A DNA stretch of 64,000 bases from Candidatus Eiseniibacteriota bacterium (lineage in GTDB: Bacteria > Eisenbacteria > RBG-16-71-46). Both the position numbers and the translations under genes were made by a program. Location: NCBI GenBank assembly GCA_041483195.1, contig JBGPFC010000018.1, positions 8,993 through 72,992 of the forward strand. Direction: 5' to 3'. Positions 62,221 through 64,000 of this stretch are shown here, one piece after another. Below the pieces are notes generated by a model. It saw only the letters and a list, made by a program, of their open reading frames with translations. It was not told the origin of the DNA and did no database searches. Positions within the stretch are counted from its first letter, which is position 1. Each line of letters opens with the position of its first letter.

Positions 62221-62622
62221 GTGCTCAAGGAATTCAAGGAGTTCCTGCTCAAGACCAACGCGCTCGCGCTGGCGGTCGGCGTCATCATCGGCGGAGCGGT
62301 CGGCAAGGTGGTGAGCTCGCTGGTGAGCGACGTCATGATGCCGGTCATCGGCCTCGTCATTCCCGGCGGGGCGTGGCGCGACCTCAAGTTCGTGCTCACC
62401 ACCAAGCCCGACGGCACGCCGCTCAACGCGGTGACGTACGGCCAGTTCATCGGCTCGATCGTGGACTTCGTGATCGTCGCGTTCGTGGTGTTCGTCGTCA
62501 CGAAGGCGCTGCTCAAGCCGGCGCCCGCGCCGCCCGCGCCTCCGACCAAGGGCTGCAGGGAGTGCCTCGAGACCATTCCGGCCGCGGCCACGCGCTGCCG
62601 CGCGTGCGGGAGTCCCGCCTGA
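62221..62622 (+). CDS. mscL: Large-conductance mechanosensitive channel MscL with an unusual C-terminal Cys4 zinc-ribbon tail
   Basis: N-terminus MLKEFKEFLLKTNALALAVGVIIGGAVGKVVSSLVSDVMMP is canonical MscL. The C-terminal 30 aa carry CRECLETIPAAATRCRAC in place of the usual helical bundle. Confidence 0.85.
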   Translation: MLKEFKEFLLKTNALALAVGVIIGGAVGKVVSSLVSDVMMPVIGLVIPGGAWRDLKFVLTTKPDGTPLNAVTYGQFIGSIVDFVIVAFVVFVVTKALLKPAPAPPAPPTKGCRECLETIPAAATRCRACGSPA

Positions 62623-62663
62623 GGGAACGGATCCGCGCGCGCGCCTGCTAGACTCCGCGCCCC

Positions 62664-63812
62664 ATGACTCGCGATCCGAAGCTCGTCGAGGAGGCCGCCG
62701 CGCTCAAGCGCGCGCTCGACCAGTACCCCACACTCGCAGCGCTTCGAGGCTCGCCGGAGCGGGCGGCGCTCGAGGACCGCATCGCGCGCCTGCTGAGTGG
62801 CGTCCGGCGCCACGCGCCCGCGCGGCCGCCCGCGCCCCCCGCCGATCCCACGCGGCTCAAGGCGGTGCAGTGGAACGTCGAGCATGGCAACTGGTACGAG
62901 CAGGTCGAGCGCGCGCTGCTCACGCACCCGCAGCTCGCGAACGCCGACCTCCTGATGTTCAACGAGATCGACCTCGGCATGGCGCGCGCGGGGAACCGCG
63001 ACGTCACCTCCGATCTCGCGGCGGCGCTCGGCCTGCACGCGGCGTGGGCGCCGTTGTTCCTCGAGACCACGCCCGGCCGGGACGACGATCCGGCGATGGC
63101 GGCGGGCCGCTCGAACCAGGAGTCGCTGTTCGGACTCGCGGTGCTCTCGCGCCATCCGATCGGCGAGGTGCGGATCGTCGAGCTGCCGAGCCCGCAGGCC
63201 ATCCAGTTCGATCTCGAGCGCATGGCCGGCCGCCACATCGGGCTGATCGTGGAGATCGAGCGGCCGGGCGCGCCGTTCGTCGCGGTCTCGGCGCACCTCG
63301 AGGTGCATCGCACGCGCGCGCACCGCGAGGCGCAGGTGCGCGCGCTGCTCGATGCGCTGCGCGACGAGCGGCGGCCGATCGTGCTGGCCGGCGATTTCAA
63401 CACGCACACGTTCGATCGCGGGCTGTGGCACTCGCCATTTTCGGGCGGCGCGACGCTGCTGCTGTTCCCCACCACCGCGCTCGAACGGCGGCTGACGCGG
63501 CCCGATCTCGGCCGCTCTCACGAGCCGCTGTTCGACGCGCTGCGCACGGCGGGCTTCGAGTGGGAACGCTGGGTGGACTACGCGCCCACGCTGCAGCTGC
63601 GCTTCGACCGGCTCGACGAGGTGACCATGATGCCGCGGCCGATGCAGGCGCTGGTGCACCGCCTGCTGAAATGGGCCGAGCGCCGCGGGCGGCTGCGGCT
63701 CGACTGGTTCGCGGGGCGCGGCTGGCGCGGCGGCCGAGGCGCCACCGTGCACGGCCTCGATGGTCGCGGCCTGGCCTCTGACCACGCGCCGATCGTCGCG
63801 GAATTCGAATAG
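62664..63812 (+). CDS. Endonuclease/exonuclease/phosphatase (EEP) family protein
   Basis: 382 aa. EEP pattern (WNVEHG, MFNEID, GDFNTH, SDHAPI). Confidence 0.75.
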   Translation: MTRDPKLVEEAAALKRALDQYPTLAALRGSPERAALEDRIARLLSGVRRHAPARPPAPPADPTRLKAVQWNVEHGNWYEQVERALLTHPQLANADLLMFNEIDLGMARAGNRDVTSDLAAALGLHAAWAPLFLETTPGRDDDPAMAAGRSNQESLFGLAVLSRHPIGEVRIVELPSPQAIQFDLERMAGRHIGLIVEIERPGAPFVAVSAHLEVHRTRAHREAQVRALLDALRDERRPIVLAGDFNTHTFDRGLWHSPFSGGATLLLFPTTALERRLTRPDLGRSHEPLFDALRTAGFEWERWVDYAPTLQLRFDRLDEVTMMPRPMQALVHRLLKWAERRGRLRLDWFAGRGWRGGRGATVHGLDGRGLASDHAPIVAEFE

Positions 63813-63821
63813 GAGACGCCG

Positions 63822-64000
63822 ATGACCGGGCCGGATGACTTCGCGATCGTCACGCACGAGCTGACCCGGCGCTTCGGCGACCAGTTCGCCGTGAACGGCG
63901 TCGCGCTCCACGTTCCGCGCGGCGCGTTCTACGGATTCGTCGGCCCCAACGGCGCCGGCAAGTCCACGACCATCAACATCCTCACCGGGATGTTGGCGCA
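63822..64000 (+). CDS. ABC transporter ATP-binding protein, N-terminal fragment (continues past the window end)
   Basis: MTGPDDFAIVTHELTRRFGDQFAVNGVALHVPRGAFYGFVGPNGAGKSTTINILTGML (Walker A). Truncated by the window edge. Confidence 0.8.
   Translation, partial: MTGPDDFAIVTHELTRRFGDQFAVNGVALHVPRGAFYGFVGPNGAGKSTTINILTGMLA

Overview
This 64 kb window is about 70% GC and very gene-dense, with no rRNA, tRNA, CRISPR array or obvious transposase. Three proteins end in Por_Secre_tail-like type IX secretion C-terminal domains: an S8 peptidase, a TolB-like propeller protein and a repeat protein. Together with the GWxTD protein, the TonB_C/TolB-like periplasmic proteins and the GC level, this suggests a Gemmatimonadota-like (FCB superphylum) soil bacterium; that placement is a tentative inference. 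I call about 55 protein genes, mostly on the minus strand in long overlapping (ATGA/GTGA) operons. The high GC produces many long Arg-rich shadow ORFs in the six-frame track; I treat those as artefacts.

The main points:
- A SelW/Rdx-type selenoprotein gene (28459..28680) has an in-frame UGA inside a C-x-x-U motif and a SECIS-like hairpin just downstream. The ORF track misses it.
- Three paralogous polytopic membrane proteins with an acidic first-loop motif and a C-terminal helical domain (tentatively GT-C/PMT/ArnT-like) sit in a 14 kb minus-strand cluster. The same cluster holds murB, a secreted twin-HKD phospholipase D, an MFS transporter and a TolB-like T9SS cargo protein.
- Two of these paralogs, and one alpha/beta hydrolase, have their conserved N-terminus upstream of any AUG/GUG/UUG. 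Each has a Shine-Dalgarno sequence 4-6 nt in front of an in-frame CUG, so CUG initiation is possible.
- A lower-GC (~55-60%) two-gene island at 19.6-21.8 kb follows a truncated Ser/Thr kinase N-terminal fragment.
- Two otherwise dissimilar secreted proteins share an identical-style extreme C-terminus, [ST]WGx[IL]Kx[LI]YR, with no TM helix. This may be an undescribed C-terminal sorting motif.

Other features include a fused double-ATPase ABC importer with two permeases, moaA, pepT, mscL with a zinc-ribbon tail, an ABC-2 permease fused to an M1 aminopeptidase with its ATPase, a tandem-domain retropepsin-like protease, a DCC-thioredoxin/lipase-maturation-factor fusion in an operon with a WD40-like Ser/Thr kinase, a VWA plus ChlI-like AAA+ pair, and a DUF4160/DUF2442 pair.
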